A DNA stretch of 64,000 nucleotides, taken from the IMG/VR virus record IMGVR_UViG_3300042556_002263; one strand, written 5' to 3'. Shown one piece after another: positions 18,905 to 26,745 of the stretch; positions within the stretch are counted from its first letter, which is position 1; each line of letters begins with the position of its first letter. The notes beneath the pieces were generated by a model that was not told the DNA's origin, searched no databases, and was given only the letters and a program-made list of their open reading frames with translations. A program made the translations under genes and the position numbers. The DNA comes from an uncultured virus (IMG/VR IMGVR_UViG_3300042556_002263). Lineage: Duplodnaviria; Heunggongvirae; Uroviricota; Caudoviricetes.

Positions 18905-19141
18905 GTGAACTACTACGGATTTCGTCTTGTTGTTCAACAGGAATGGGCAGAGACCAAGAACCTCAGGCTCGGACAGGTGTACTTCAACATCCTTCACGAA
19001 CTACGACCCGACCTCGCAAACCGTTTACGGGGCTCTCTACACGACCCGTTCTACAGGGAAGAAATACCCCTAGAAGCAGAGCAGTTGGTTGAACGAGAGT
19101 GGGACGACACCACCGAGTTCGCTGAACCTCGCTACCTGTGA
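18905..19141 (+). CDS. hypothetical phage protein
   Basis: GTGA overlap; LRLGQVYFNIL...RPDLA...DPFY. Confidence 0.6.
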   Translation: MNYYGFRLVVQQEWAETKNLRLGQVYFNILHELRPDLANRLRGSLHDPFYREEIPLEAEQLVEREWDDTTEFAEPRYL

Positions 19142-19379
19142 CCGACAACCCGTAGTTCCTGACCGGACGAAGCCCCGTGCTTTCCTACAATGTCTTGGAA
19201 CTTTACGGAGGTCAAGTCATGTTGGTAGGTCTAATAGCATTTATGGCAGTCGGAATAGCAGGCGCAGTTCCATTCGCTCTTGTATCCCTGATGGTTGAGC
19301 GGACGGGGCTCGAGGTTGCCGAGGACAGAGTTTACGACCGCAGGTTGTGATTCGGCTCCTTACACGCCATAATGGAAGT

Positions 19380-19520
19380 AGCAACAAAGTAACTGCGTCC
19401 AACAGGCAGAAAGCGTAAGCCCTGTTCGCCCCAGCGAAAGAAGTTGTAGGGACAAACCCCATTGGGACAATAGGCGACTGTTGAGAGCACCCGATGGGGT
19501 TTTTCTCTGCCCTTTTTTCT
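19380..19520 (+). ncRNA. candidate ~130-140-nt sRNA
   Basis: promoter 19343 has no start codon at +37; nested stems then terminator hairpin and T-run. Confidence 0.55.
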
Positions 19521-19765
19521 TCCGCCCGTCGGCCCCGCCGTCGTTCTTCGCTTCGTAAACTTTTACGCCATTGCTTTCCGCCACCGTAATACCATTAGGA
19601 AACACAAAGAGTCCGCCACGCGGGACTCGCAAATAATCAGATTTCTGATAATCAGATTTCTGAGTTCTTGTCCCCAGACTTGTGGACAAACCTGTGGAAA
19701 AATCTGTGGATAACTTTCTTGGTCAGAATGTTGTGTTCCGTACCACTAAATGCCATAATGAAGGT

Positions 19766-19885
19766 ATGAAAGCAATCAAAACCGCAATCCGCAAGACAAT
19801 CCGCCGAGCACTCGGTCAGACCCCGAAGCCCATGCCAGAGCATTGGTGGAAGGCTTGGGAGGAGTACCAAACCTACGAGCAGTAG
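19766..19885 (+). CDS. 39-aa protein
   Basis: leaderless after promoter 19729. Confidence 0.6.
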   Translation: MKAIKTAIRKTIRRALGQTPKPMPEHWWKAWEEYQTYEQ

Positions 19886-19937
19886 GAGGTGCGAGGGAGG
19901 CACACTCCGCACCACAGCCCCGTGATAGCGTCGTGGC

Positions 19938-20342
19938 GTGGGATACGAACCGAAGTACGACTTTCAGGCAGACCTCGCTTACGGGGAGAGTGGCGAAGAA
20001 AACGCCAAGGAGTTCTTCGGGGCTGTCGGAACGGGCAAAGTTGAGGTCAAGTCCGATAGATACAGAAACGGCAAGATGGTCGTTGAGACCAACCAAAAGC
20101 CAGCAGGCAAGGATTGGCAACTATCAGGCATAAATGTGACCGAAGCCGAGTGGTGGGCTTATCGGTTAGCCCCGGACTCGTTCTTCTTGGTCAGCGTCGC
20201 ACGGCTCAAGCGGTACTTGCGAGCCAACGCAGGGTCGCTCACAAAAATAAATCTTGCCCAAGATGGTGATAATCCAGCCCGGGGCTTCCTGCTGAGTGCA
20301 GACCAGGTTCGCTGGATGATGACTAGCGCAGAGTACGACTAG
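19938..20342 (+). CDS. PD-(D/E)xK-nuclease-like protein
   Basis: DLAYGESGE...VEVKSD...VVE...SGINVTEAEWW; extended -10 TGaTAGCGT 6 nt before GTG. Confidence 0.55.
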   Translation: MGYEPKYDFQADLAYGESGEENAKEFFGAVGTGKVEVKSDRYRNGKMVVETNQKPAGKDWQLSGINVTEAEWWAYRLAPDSFFLVSVARLKRYLRANAGSLTKINLAQDGDNPARGFLLSADQVRWMMTSAEYD

Positions 20343-20417
20343 GCTGTGGATAAATCTGTGGATAAGTTTTGTGTACATGAGGTTGTAGTTTCTACCTTTA
20401 CACGCCATAATGTTTCT

Positions 20418-20684
20418 ATGAGCAATGCCAAGACATTCACCTACGAGGAAGTCATCGCACTTCTGAACACCTACTCACCCAAGACGCAGGCTGTGCGCCT
20501 CCACATGGAGACCGTTCTCCAAGCGACTACGGGTGAGGTCGCCCGAGCACTCGGCTGGGACAGGAGCAACACGGGTCGCCGACTGGAAGCACTTGCCGAG
20601 GACGGTGTGCTGGAAATCGTGGACGACTGCCACCATGACGGGAGGCAGGGTCGCCCGAGCCGACTGTGGAGGCTGGTCGGGTGA
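20418..20684 (+). CDS. winged-HTH protein (paralog of 14731)
   Basis: ATTGEVARALGWDRSNTGRRLEALAEDG...GRPSRLW. Confidence 0.75.
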   Translation: MSNAKTFTYEEVIALLNTYSPKTQAVRLHMETVLQATTGEVARALGWDRSNTGRRLEALAEDGVLEIVDDCHHDGRQGRPSRLWRLVG

Positions 20685-22606
20685 GCGTCCTGCGCTTGGA
20701 GGACGACCATCTAGTCCTTGACTTCCCCTACGACCCCGAGCAGGTCGCAGGGGTCAAGCGCATACACGGGGCTAAGTGGGACAAGATTGCTCGTGTTTGG
20801 CGAGCCCCCATGTCGAGCGTTGAGGAAGTACGGGCGTTTGCGACAGCCAACAAGTTCACCATTGAGCCCGAAGTCCTTATCTTCACACTCCCCTCTCGCA
20901 AGAACTCGGAGCGGGGCGTCCGATGCGACGGGAAGTGGCTGAGTATGGCGTTTGGCTACGACAGAGTGATGATTCAGTCAGTCAAGCAAATCCCAGGAGT
21001 CACATGGGACAGGAAGACGATGGCATGGCGAGCCCCGCTCACCAGCATCTCCGAGGTAATCAAGTGGGCAGACACCTTCAAGCAGGAAGTATCAGATGAC
21101 ATACGAGAGATGCACACGAACATCAACACATCACTTTCCGAACTCAAAGATGCTTCCCGAATGGTTGATGCGGAAGTTGAGGTCGCGGGGCTACAGGGGG
21201 AACTGCTCCCTTATCAGAGAGCGGGAGTTGCGTACGCTGCGAGAGCGAGACGGACTTTCATCGCTGACGAAATGGGGCTTGGCAAAACGCTACAAGCGAT
21301 AGCGACATTGGAGTATGTGAATAACTCGTATCCAGCCGTCGTCGTGTGCCCCGCAACTCTGGTTCTGAACTGGCAAGCCGAGTACAAGAGGTGGCTTCCA
21401 CATCGGACTGTCAAGGTCGTCACCGACAGGAAAGAGTTTCCTTCGGACTACGATGTTGTAGTTGTTGGTTATTCTAACATCAAACATTGGGAAAAGCAAC
21501 TTCTGAACCATAAATCTTATGTTTTTGATGAAAGCCATTACTGCAAGTCGCCCCAAGCACAACGCACCAAGAGTGCTGTGAAGATGGCGAAGTCAGCCCC
21601 GAAATCCGGAACAGTTCTGTGTCTGACGGGTACGCCAGTTACGAACCGACCAGCAGAGTATGCAAGCCAACTCGCAATACTCGGAAACCTAGATAAGTTC
21701 GGAGGAGAGTGGGGCTTCTACCGAAGATACTGCGGGGCTTTCAAGGACAAGTGGGGGCAGTGGCATCTTGATGGTCATAGCAACTTGGATGAACTAAACG
21801 ACAGACTTCGCTCAACCTGCTACATCAGGCGTACAAAAGAGCAAGTACTTTCCGAACTCCCACCCGTCATTCACGACCCAGTTCTCGTCGACGGGGCTGC
21901 GGCCGCCATGAAGGAATACAGAAAAGCCGAAACAGACATTGTGGAGTACCTCGTTGAGAGGGCAAAGCAGATTGCGTCAGAACTTGGACTCAGTCCAAAA
22001 TCTGCGGCAGTAATTGCAAAAATAAAAGCCGAGTCCAACCAGCATCTCGTTCGCCTCTCTGTCCTGCGCCGTCTAGCGGCTAAAGCAAAAATGCCCGTTA
22101 TCAAGGAGTGGGTGGAGTCCCGCGTGGCGGAGGGTCGCAAGGTCGTCATCGCTGCCCACCACAGAGATGTTGTGGACGAACTCGCCCTCGCATTCGGGAA
22201 CCTGCGTATTCAGGGTGGCATGGACATCAACGATGTGGAAGAACAGAAGCGCAAGTTCATGACCATGTCTTGTGAAGAAGCCCCAGTCATTGTCCTCTCA
22301 ATCCAGGCTGCGAAAACGGGGCATAACCTCCAGGTCGCACAAGATGTTCTGTTCGTGGAACTTCCGTGGACACCCGCTGATGTAGACCAGACCTACAGTC
22401 GCTGTCATAGGCTGGGGCAGAAGTCTTCCGTCACCGCAACTTATTTGTTATGTGATGGAACCATTGACGAGGAGATTTATTCCCTTATTGAGCGTAAGCG
22501 TGGTGTTGTGAACCAAGCCGTGGACGGCGGTCCCGCCGATGAGGCTGAGGGGGTTGGGCAGTTGGTTCTGAGTCTCTTGGGTGTGGGGTCAGAAACCTTT
22601 GAGTGA
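20681..22606 (+). CDS. SNF2/SMARCAL1-like helicase with two N-terminal HARP-like repeats
   Basis: LLPYQ, IADEMGLGKT, DESH, LTGTP, GHNLQ, SRCHRLGQ; repeated F.YD....VK.I.G..WD.....WRAP. Confidence 0.85.
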   Translation: MSVLRLEDDHLVLDFPYDPEQVAGVKRIHGAKWDKIARVWRAPMSSVEEVRAFATANKFTIEPEVLIFTLPSRKNSERGVRCDGKWLSMAFGYDRVMIQSVKQIPGVTWDRKTMAWRAPLTSISEVIKWADTFKQEVSDDIREMHTNINTSLSELKDASRMVDAEVEVAGLQGELLPYQRAGVAYAARARRTFIADEMGLGKTLQAIATLEYVNNSYPAVVVCPATLVLNWQAEYKRWLPHRTVKVVTDRKEFPSDYDVVVVGYSNIKHWEKQLLNHKSYVFDESHYCKSPQAQRTKSAVKMAKSAPKSGTVLCLTGTPVTNRPAEYASQLAILGNLDKFGGEWGFYRRYCGAFKDKWGQWHLDGHSNLDELNDRLRSTCYIRRTKEQVLSELPPVIHDPVLVDGAAAAMKEYRKAETDIVEYLVERAKQIASELGLSPKSAAVIAKIKAESNQHLVRLSVLRRLAAKAKMPVIKEWVESRVAEGRKVVIAAHHRDVVDELALAFGNLRIQGGMDINDVEEQKRKFMTMSCEEAPVIVLSIQAAKTGHNLQVAQDVLFVELPWTPADVDQTYSRCHRLGQKSSVTATYLLCDGTIDEEIYSLIERKRGVVNQAVDGGPADEAEGVGQLVLSLLGVGSETFE

Positions 22607-22643
22607 GGTTGCATTCGTACGCCTTACACGCCATACTGTAAGC

Positions 22644-22790
22644 ATGGGCAAGAAGCACGACATCATACGGCAGGCTCTCAACCACAAGGGCGTGTGCGTC
22701 ACCAGCGGAATACCTGAACACATCATTGAACTTCTTGGTTTGCATGGATACAAAATCAAGAAGCGCAAGAAGGTCAAGCCGTGGAAGTAA
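22644..22790 (+). CDS. small basic protein
   Basis: leaderless after promoter 22607. Confidence 0.6.
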   Translation: MGKKHDIIRQALNHKGVCVTSGIPEHIIELLGLHGYKIKKRKKVKPWK

Positions 22791-23069
22791 GCATCTCCGT
22801 TGACCCGTGGTTGGTCATCATCATCGTTGCGTCTTTTATCGCCCTTCGTGTGTGGCACCCGATTACTTCGTACGCGGGGCGTCGGAAAAAGAAATCCTGA
22901 CAGGGCTTTCCGCCACCGTAATAGTTATTTGTGTTTTGGTGGTCTTCCCGGTTGCCCCGTTTTTTCAGTTTTTTGGGTTGCTGTGTTGGCTCTCGGAATG
23001 AACTAATCCTGTGTTGTGACTCTCGTCACACAGGTTGTGGTTATGACTACTAAAAGCCATAATGGGTGT

Positions 23070-23246
23070 ATGAACATCTTCCAAGAAGCACTAATCGCCG
23101 TATGGTTTCTCACCAAACTCGGCTTCGTCACCCTCGCCGTTATCGGCGCAAAGGTCGTATGGGACAAGTACGGACACCACGCACCGAAACTCCTTGACCT
23201 GACCCGCAAAGAGGACGAGGACGAGGATTGGCTGACCCGCCTATGA
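23070..23246 (+). CDS. small membrane protein
   Basis: leaderless; N-terminal hydrophobic helix, acidic tail. Confidence 0.6.
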   Translation: MNIFQEALIAVWFLTKLGFVTLAVIGAKVVWDKYGHHAPKLLDLTRKEDEDEDWLTRL

Positions 23247-23327
23247 CCAGCCCACTACCGCCGAGGTTGCGGCCCCGCCGATGGGGTGCTATGCTTCGGA
23301 TAAATCTATTCGGAAGGATTAGACGAC

Positions 23328-24353
23328 ATGGCACACGCACTAGAAATGGACGGAGCAGGCAGAGCCAAGATGGCTTACGCCGATAGGGAAATCCCGTGGC
23401 ACAGGCTGGGGAAGCCGATGGCGGGGCTCCAGACGGCAGAGGCGATGCTAGAAGCCGCCCAAGCCGACTTTGATGTAGCACTTACAAAGGTTATTGCGGT
23501 AGACGATGACCTCAACCCCCTTAGAAACCCCGACGGCAGCCCCGTGTACATCTCGGACAGCCGAGCAACAGTTCGGTTAAATCCAGATGGAACCATAGAT
23601 GGTCTGTCAACAGTTGGGACTCGTTTTGTCGTACAGCAGAACAAGGACTGTCTTGACCGTGCGCTTGACATTGTCGGGGCATCCAAGGGCGACGCAATCG
23701 TGGATACCTGTGGTGTTCTCAACGAGGGTCGTGAGTTCTTCGCCTGTCTTGACCTCGGAGCATTGTTCATTGACCCACATGGTGTGAATGACAAGGTTCA
23801 GCGTTATCTGCTTGTTCGCAACGGACATGACGGAAAGACGCCGATTACTTATGCAAACACATCTATTCGTGCCGTTTGTAAGAACACGGTTATGTCGGGA
23901 CTGCGCGCGGCGAACGCCGTATTCACAGCCCGTCATACACGCAACGCAGATAACGCAATTGAGCAGGCGAGTGAAGTTCTTGCGATGTCAGGAATGTGGG
24001 CAACATCATTTGTTTCTATGGCTGAGACAATGCTTCGCATCCCAGTCCCGGCTGGTTCTTCTCAGTTGGACAAGATTGTCAATCAAGTGTTCCCACACAA
24101 AAAAGACGAAACAGAGCGACAGAAGAAAAACATTGAGGACATTCATCTCCTTGTTCGTGGTCTGTATGTGAACGACAAAAACGCAGGCGGATACGGGTTC
24201 AATGGTTGGGCTGCTTACAACGCAGTCGGCGAGTATCTAGACCATTATCGGGACGCCAAGCCAGAAGAGCGAGCAATCGCATCAATGGATTACAACTCGT
24301 GGGTCACCCGCAAAAAGGTTGAGGCACAATCACTTATTCTTTCGCTGGCTTGA
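23328..24353 (+). CDS. DUF932 (TIGR03299-like phage/plasmid) protein
   Basis: PWHRLG, VQQN, YLLVRNGHDG, IRAVCKNT, RHT, WAAYNAVGEYLDH. Confidence 0.85.
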   Translation: MAHALEMDGAGRAKMAYADREIPWHRLGKPMAGLQTAEAMLEAAQADFDVALTKVIAVDDDLNPLRNPDGSPVYISDSRATVRLNPDGTIDGLSTVGTRFVVQQNKDCLDRALDIVGASKGDAIVDTCGVLNEGREFFACLDLGALFIDPHGVNDKVQRYLLVRNGHDGKTPITYANTSIRAVCKNTVMSGLRAANAVFTARHTRNADNAIEQASEVLAMSGMWATSFVSMAETMLRIPVPAGSSQLDKIVNQVFPHKKDETERQKKNIEDIHLLVRGLYVNDKNAGGYGFNGWAAYNAVGEYLDHYRDAKPEERAIASMDYNSWVTRKKVEAQSLILSLA

Positions 24354-24398
24354 CACACCCTGATGTCACAATGGTGTTAGTGATACATTGGGGGTCAC

Positions 24399-24812
24399 AT
24401 GGATGAGAATGACGACCAACAAGAACCCTCGGAGATAATGGCTGAGTTTCTTACTCAGTTCATGGCTTCGGGAACTGCCGATTTATTGTACAGAAAGACC
24501 TATTGCGACATTGTTGCTGGAAAGGTCTACAACGAGTTCGGGTATGACGGTCTAGCCGAATTGATGATGGCGATGGACAAAAAGGCTGACTGGATTTCGG
24601 ACATTCTGATTGAAGCCCCGGACTTGGACAACATCGCATTCAAGACATACGGAACATTTGACGACAAACTCGCACAGAAGGCTAGACAAACAGAGGCTCT
24701 CCGTGAGTTCAACGAGAAACTGTGGAGACTCCGCAGAAAATACGCAAAGTTGATTGTCGCCGAGATTATGGAATGGGACAACCTGCCAGAAGATGACACT
24801 CCGCAACTTTAG
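24399..24812 (+). CDS. hypothetical protein
   Basis: 137-aa ORF with SD. Confidence 0.65.
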   Translation: MDENDDQQEPSEIMAEFLTQFMASGTADLLYRKTYCDIVAGKVYNEFGYDGLAELMMAMDKKADWISDILIEAPDLDNIAFKTYGTFDDKLAQKARQTEALREFNEKLWRLRRKYAKLIVAEIMEWDNLPEDDTPQL

Positions 24813-25089
24813 AGAACGGGCTGGCGAAGTCAAGCCGTTCAACGGGACCGACGCAGAACGGGCAGAAAACAGGCTTTCACACGCATGGGTACAGGTTCCT
24901 AACCCGATGAAGGCAATGCCATTGCCGAAGAGTTGGGTTGAGCAACTCAGCAAAGAAGAGGCTTACGAACTAGCAAAGCCCAAACTAGAGACATGGGGGA
25001 AATGCTCGGTGTGTGGGTGCTGGTTCAACGAGGAAGAGGCTTCTTGGAAGTGTGGTGAAGCGCCCCGCTTCACAGAGTCAAAGTTCTAA
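24793..25089 (+). CDS. hypothetical protein
   Basis: overlaps previous gene; CSVCGC. Confidence 0.5.
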   Translation: MTLRNFRERAGEVKPFNGTDAERAENRLSHAWVQVPNPMKAMPLPKSWVEQLSKEEAYELAKPKLETWGKCSVCGCWFNEEEASWKCGEAPRFTESKF

Positions 25090-25090
25090 G

Positions 25091-25172
25091 TGGGCTTGGA
25101 GGGAATCGAACCCTCACTCCAAAAGGAACAGGAACCTAAATCCTGCGCGTCTGCCTGTTTCGCCACAAGCCC
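25091..25172 (-). tRNA. tRNA-Leu(TAG)
   Basis: cloverleaf, long variable arm, GGTTCGATTCC T-arm. Confidence 0.9.
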
Positions 25173-25173
25173 T

Positions 25174-25249
25174 TGGTGGGTTGCCTGGGACTCGAACCCA
25201 GAACCTGCGGATTAAAAGTCCGTTACTCTGCCAATTGAGTTAGCAACCC
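25174..25249 (-). tRNA. tRNA-Lys(TTT)
   Basis: cloverleaf with encoded CCA. Confidence 0.93.
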
Positions 25250-25259
25250 GTATGCGGGA

Positions 25260-25445
25260 CTAACGTTTCAATCCGTGATAAGACTCAATCTCTTCGTATG
25301 AATCTCCGAGCAGAAACTTCGTTCTATCCCCACAGCGAGGACAGCGAGGTTCACGACCGTCCATCAGGTGCGAACGGTGTGCGCTACACGAGCAAAGCAG
25401 TATGACTTCTTGCCCGTACTGGTATTTCAGTTCTTGCCTGTTCAC
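25260..25445 (-). CDS. small Zn-ribbon protein
   Basis: after promoter 25483; CSC, CPRC. Confidence 0.55.
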   Translation of the reverse strand: MNRQELKYQYGQEVILLCSCSAHRSHLMDGREPRCPRCGDRTKFLLGDSYEEIESYHGLKR

Positions 25446-25477
25446 TACCATCATTATGGCATGTAAGGGGGCAAACG

Positions 25478-26227
25478 TCAACTCGGAACAACAGAAGTTG
25501 GTGGAGATTTTACTGGTATTGGCGGAACGCCCTCGGTGGAGTAGCCCCGCTTCTTGAGCCATCTCAGGTGCCAACGGCGCGTCTCCTTGTCGTACTTCCC
25601 GTTGACAGGGAGTAGCAACCATGTTTGGAGGTCTCTAACTATTCTATTCTTTTCGCCGAATGCGAACTTCGCATGGGGGACAAGCGATGGCTCCTCTGCG
25701 TGGTAGTAACGGGGCTTGGCCATCCGGTACTTTCCTGTGGCTTTTGACTTGTAGCAACCCCACCCGCCGAGACCTACTGCTGGCTGAAAATATGGTTTGT
25801 TATTTAGTTTGTCGTCGAGTGTTCTGTAGGACTTTGTTTGGTAACCCTCAACAGCAATTCTATTAGCAACTATTATTTGCTCTTCACGGGTTGCCCCGCT
25901 CGGATGCTTGGCGAACTCTCTACCCCCGAAGCGGTTCCATGTTCCGACATAGATACCCAAGCCTCCAGCCCACTTACCTCTGTCCTTCCAGTTCTGTGCT
26001 GTTTCACACTGAGCAAGTTTGTCCCAAAAAGCCTTTGGTGGACGGGATTTTTTGTGGATAACGATGGTGGACCTGATTTGCTCAGCCCTGCTCACCACCC
26101 CTGCTGTACTTACATGCTGCGGGGCTTCCGTTGTTGGCGGTGGCTCCTCAGCAATTCCCTCTGCATGTGCTACAGCGGGTGCGAGTAAAAGCATGGAAAT
26201 GGCAAAAGCCAGGGTTTGTTTCTTCAT
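25478..26227 (-). CDS. secreted Rpf-like transglycosylase with possible C-terminal peptidoglycan-binding domain
   Basis: signal peptide; WDKLAQCE...NW...GGLG...TW..FGG...ATREEQI.VA. Confidence 0.8.
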   Translation of the reverse strand: MKKQTLAFAISMLLLAPAVAHAEGIAEEPPPTTEAPQHVSTAGVVSRAEQIRSTIVIHKKSRPPKAFWDKLAQCETAQNWKDRGKWAGGLGIYVGTWNRFGGREFAKHPSGATREEQIIVANRIAVEGYQTKSYRTLDDKLNNKPYFQPAVGLGGWGCYKSKATGKYRMAKPRYYHAEEPSLVPHAKFAFGEKNRIVRDLQTWLLLPVNGKYDKETRRWHLRWLKKRGYSTEGVPPIPVKSPPTSVVPS

Positions 26228-26399
26228 GGGTCTCCAATGTCCGAGGGATAGGTCAACAAGCAAATAACACGCGCTTGCCTATTTCGTCAGCGGATAACTG
26301 AACTAATACCAGTTTACCTGCTTGGGCGGTGGTTGTCTACACCTGAAAACCCTTACCCAGCAAGGGTTTGCCGGGGCTACCCGCTGTAGCCCTTATGTA

Positions 26400-26675
26400 T
26401 CAAGGGTTTGCGGACGCCTCTTCAGCCAACTTTTTTTTGATGTATTCCTCAGGGTCTTGGAGCGAGAAAGTAGCGGTAAAACTCGCCCCGTCTTCAGACG
26501 GCCCCGCCTGAAAGCCCATGGAATCAAGCATGTGGTTGGCTACCTCCTCGAAATCCTCAAGATAGGCTTCTTCTTCTTCGGGGGTCATTGTGTCAAACTC
26601 AACATTTGCCATTTCAAGCAACATTCGTGACATATGTTTGATTGTGTTGAGGCGTACCTGAAACTCGTCTTGCAT
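26400..26675 (-). CDS. acidic hypothetical protein
   Basis: leaderless after promoter 26712. Confidence 0.7.
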   Translation of the reverse strand: MQDEFQVRLNTIKHMSRMLLEMANVEFDTMTPEEEEAYLEDFEEVANHMLDSMGFQAGPSEDGASFTATFSLQDPEEYIKKKLAEEASANP

Positions 26676-26745
26676 AGTTGCAGTATGGCATGTAATGGGC
26701 TAGGATGCAACTTGTCGGAATCACAAAGTAGATACGGAGACAGCA

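Larger units (their letters stand above)
12..26712. promoter_or_regulatory. Family of ~40 repeated phage promoters (sigmaA-like -35 TTGT, 17-bp spacer ending in a conserved ACAAGC-type motif, -10 CATAAT/CATACT/CACAAT) driving leaderless genes
   Basis: First base of motif on + at 5111,5442,6661,7210,7580,8123,8810,9347,9436,10053,10941,11515,12003,12667,13183,13915,14694,15185,15655,16059,16969,17283,17745,17993,18299(degenerate),18642,19343,19729,20381,22607,23033; on - at 48,2392,2965,4195,4465,5071,16916,25483,26712. ATG sits exactly 37 nt downstream in nearly all copies. Confidence 0.9.

Noticed and set aside
19380..19450. Twister ribozyme
   Set aside because: Only scattered short matches; the pseudoknots could not be built.
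2356..23070. Recurring peptide VV..LTSHN (and reverse MACK) in the ORF track as a protein motif
   Set aside because: It is the promoter DNA translated; real starts lie just downstream, so the track over-extends these ORFs.
26053..26061. DnaA box TGTGGATAA
   Set aside because: Single copy inside a coding region; likely chance.
26228..26300. Hammerhead ribozyme or c-di-AMP (ydaO) riboswitch upstream of the Rpf-like gene
   Set aside because: CTGACGA is present but there is no GAAA core after the stem; ydaO consensus blocks were not found.
12..26712. CRISPR array or integron cassette array
   Set aside because: The repeats are promoter-shaped and non-palindromic and are separated by whole genes; no cas or integrase gene and no attC structure is visible.
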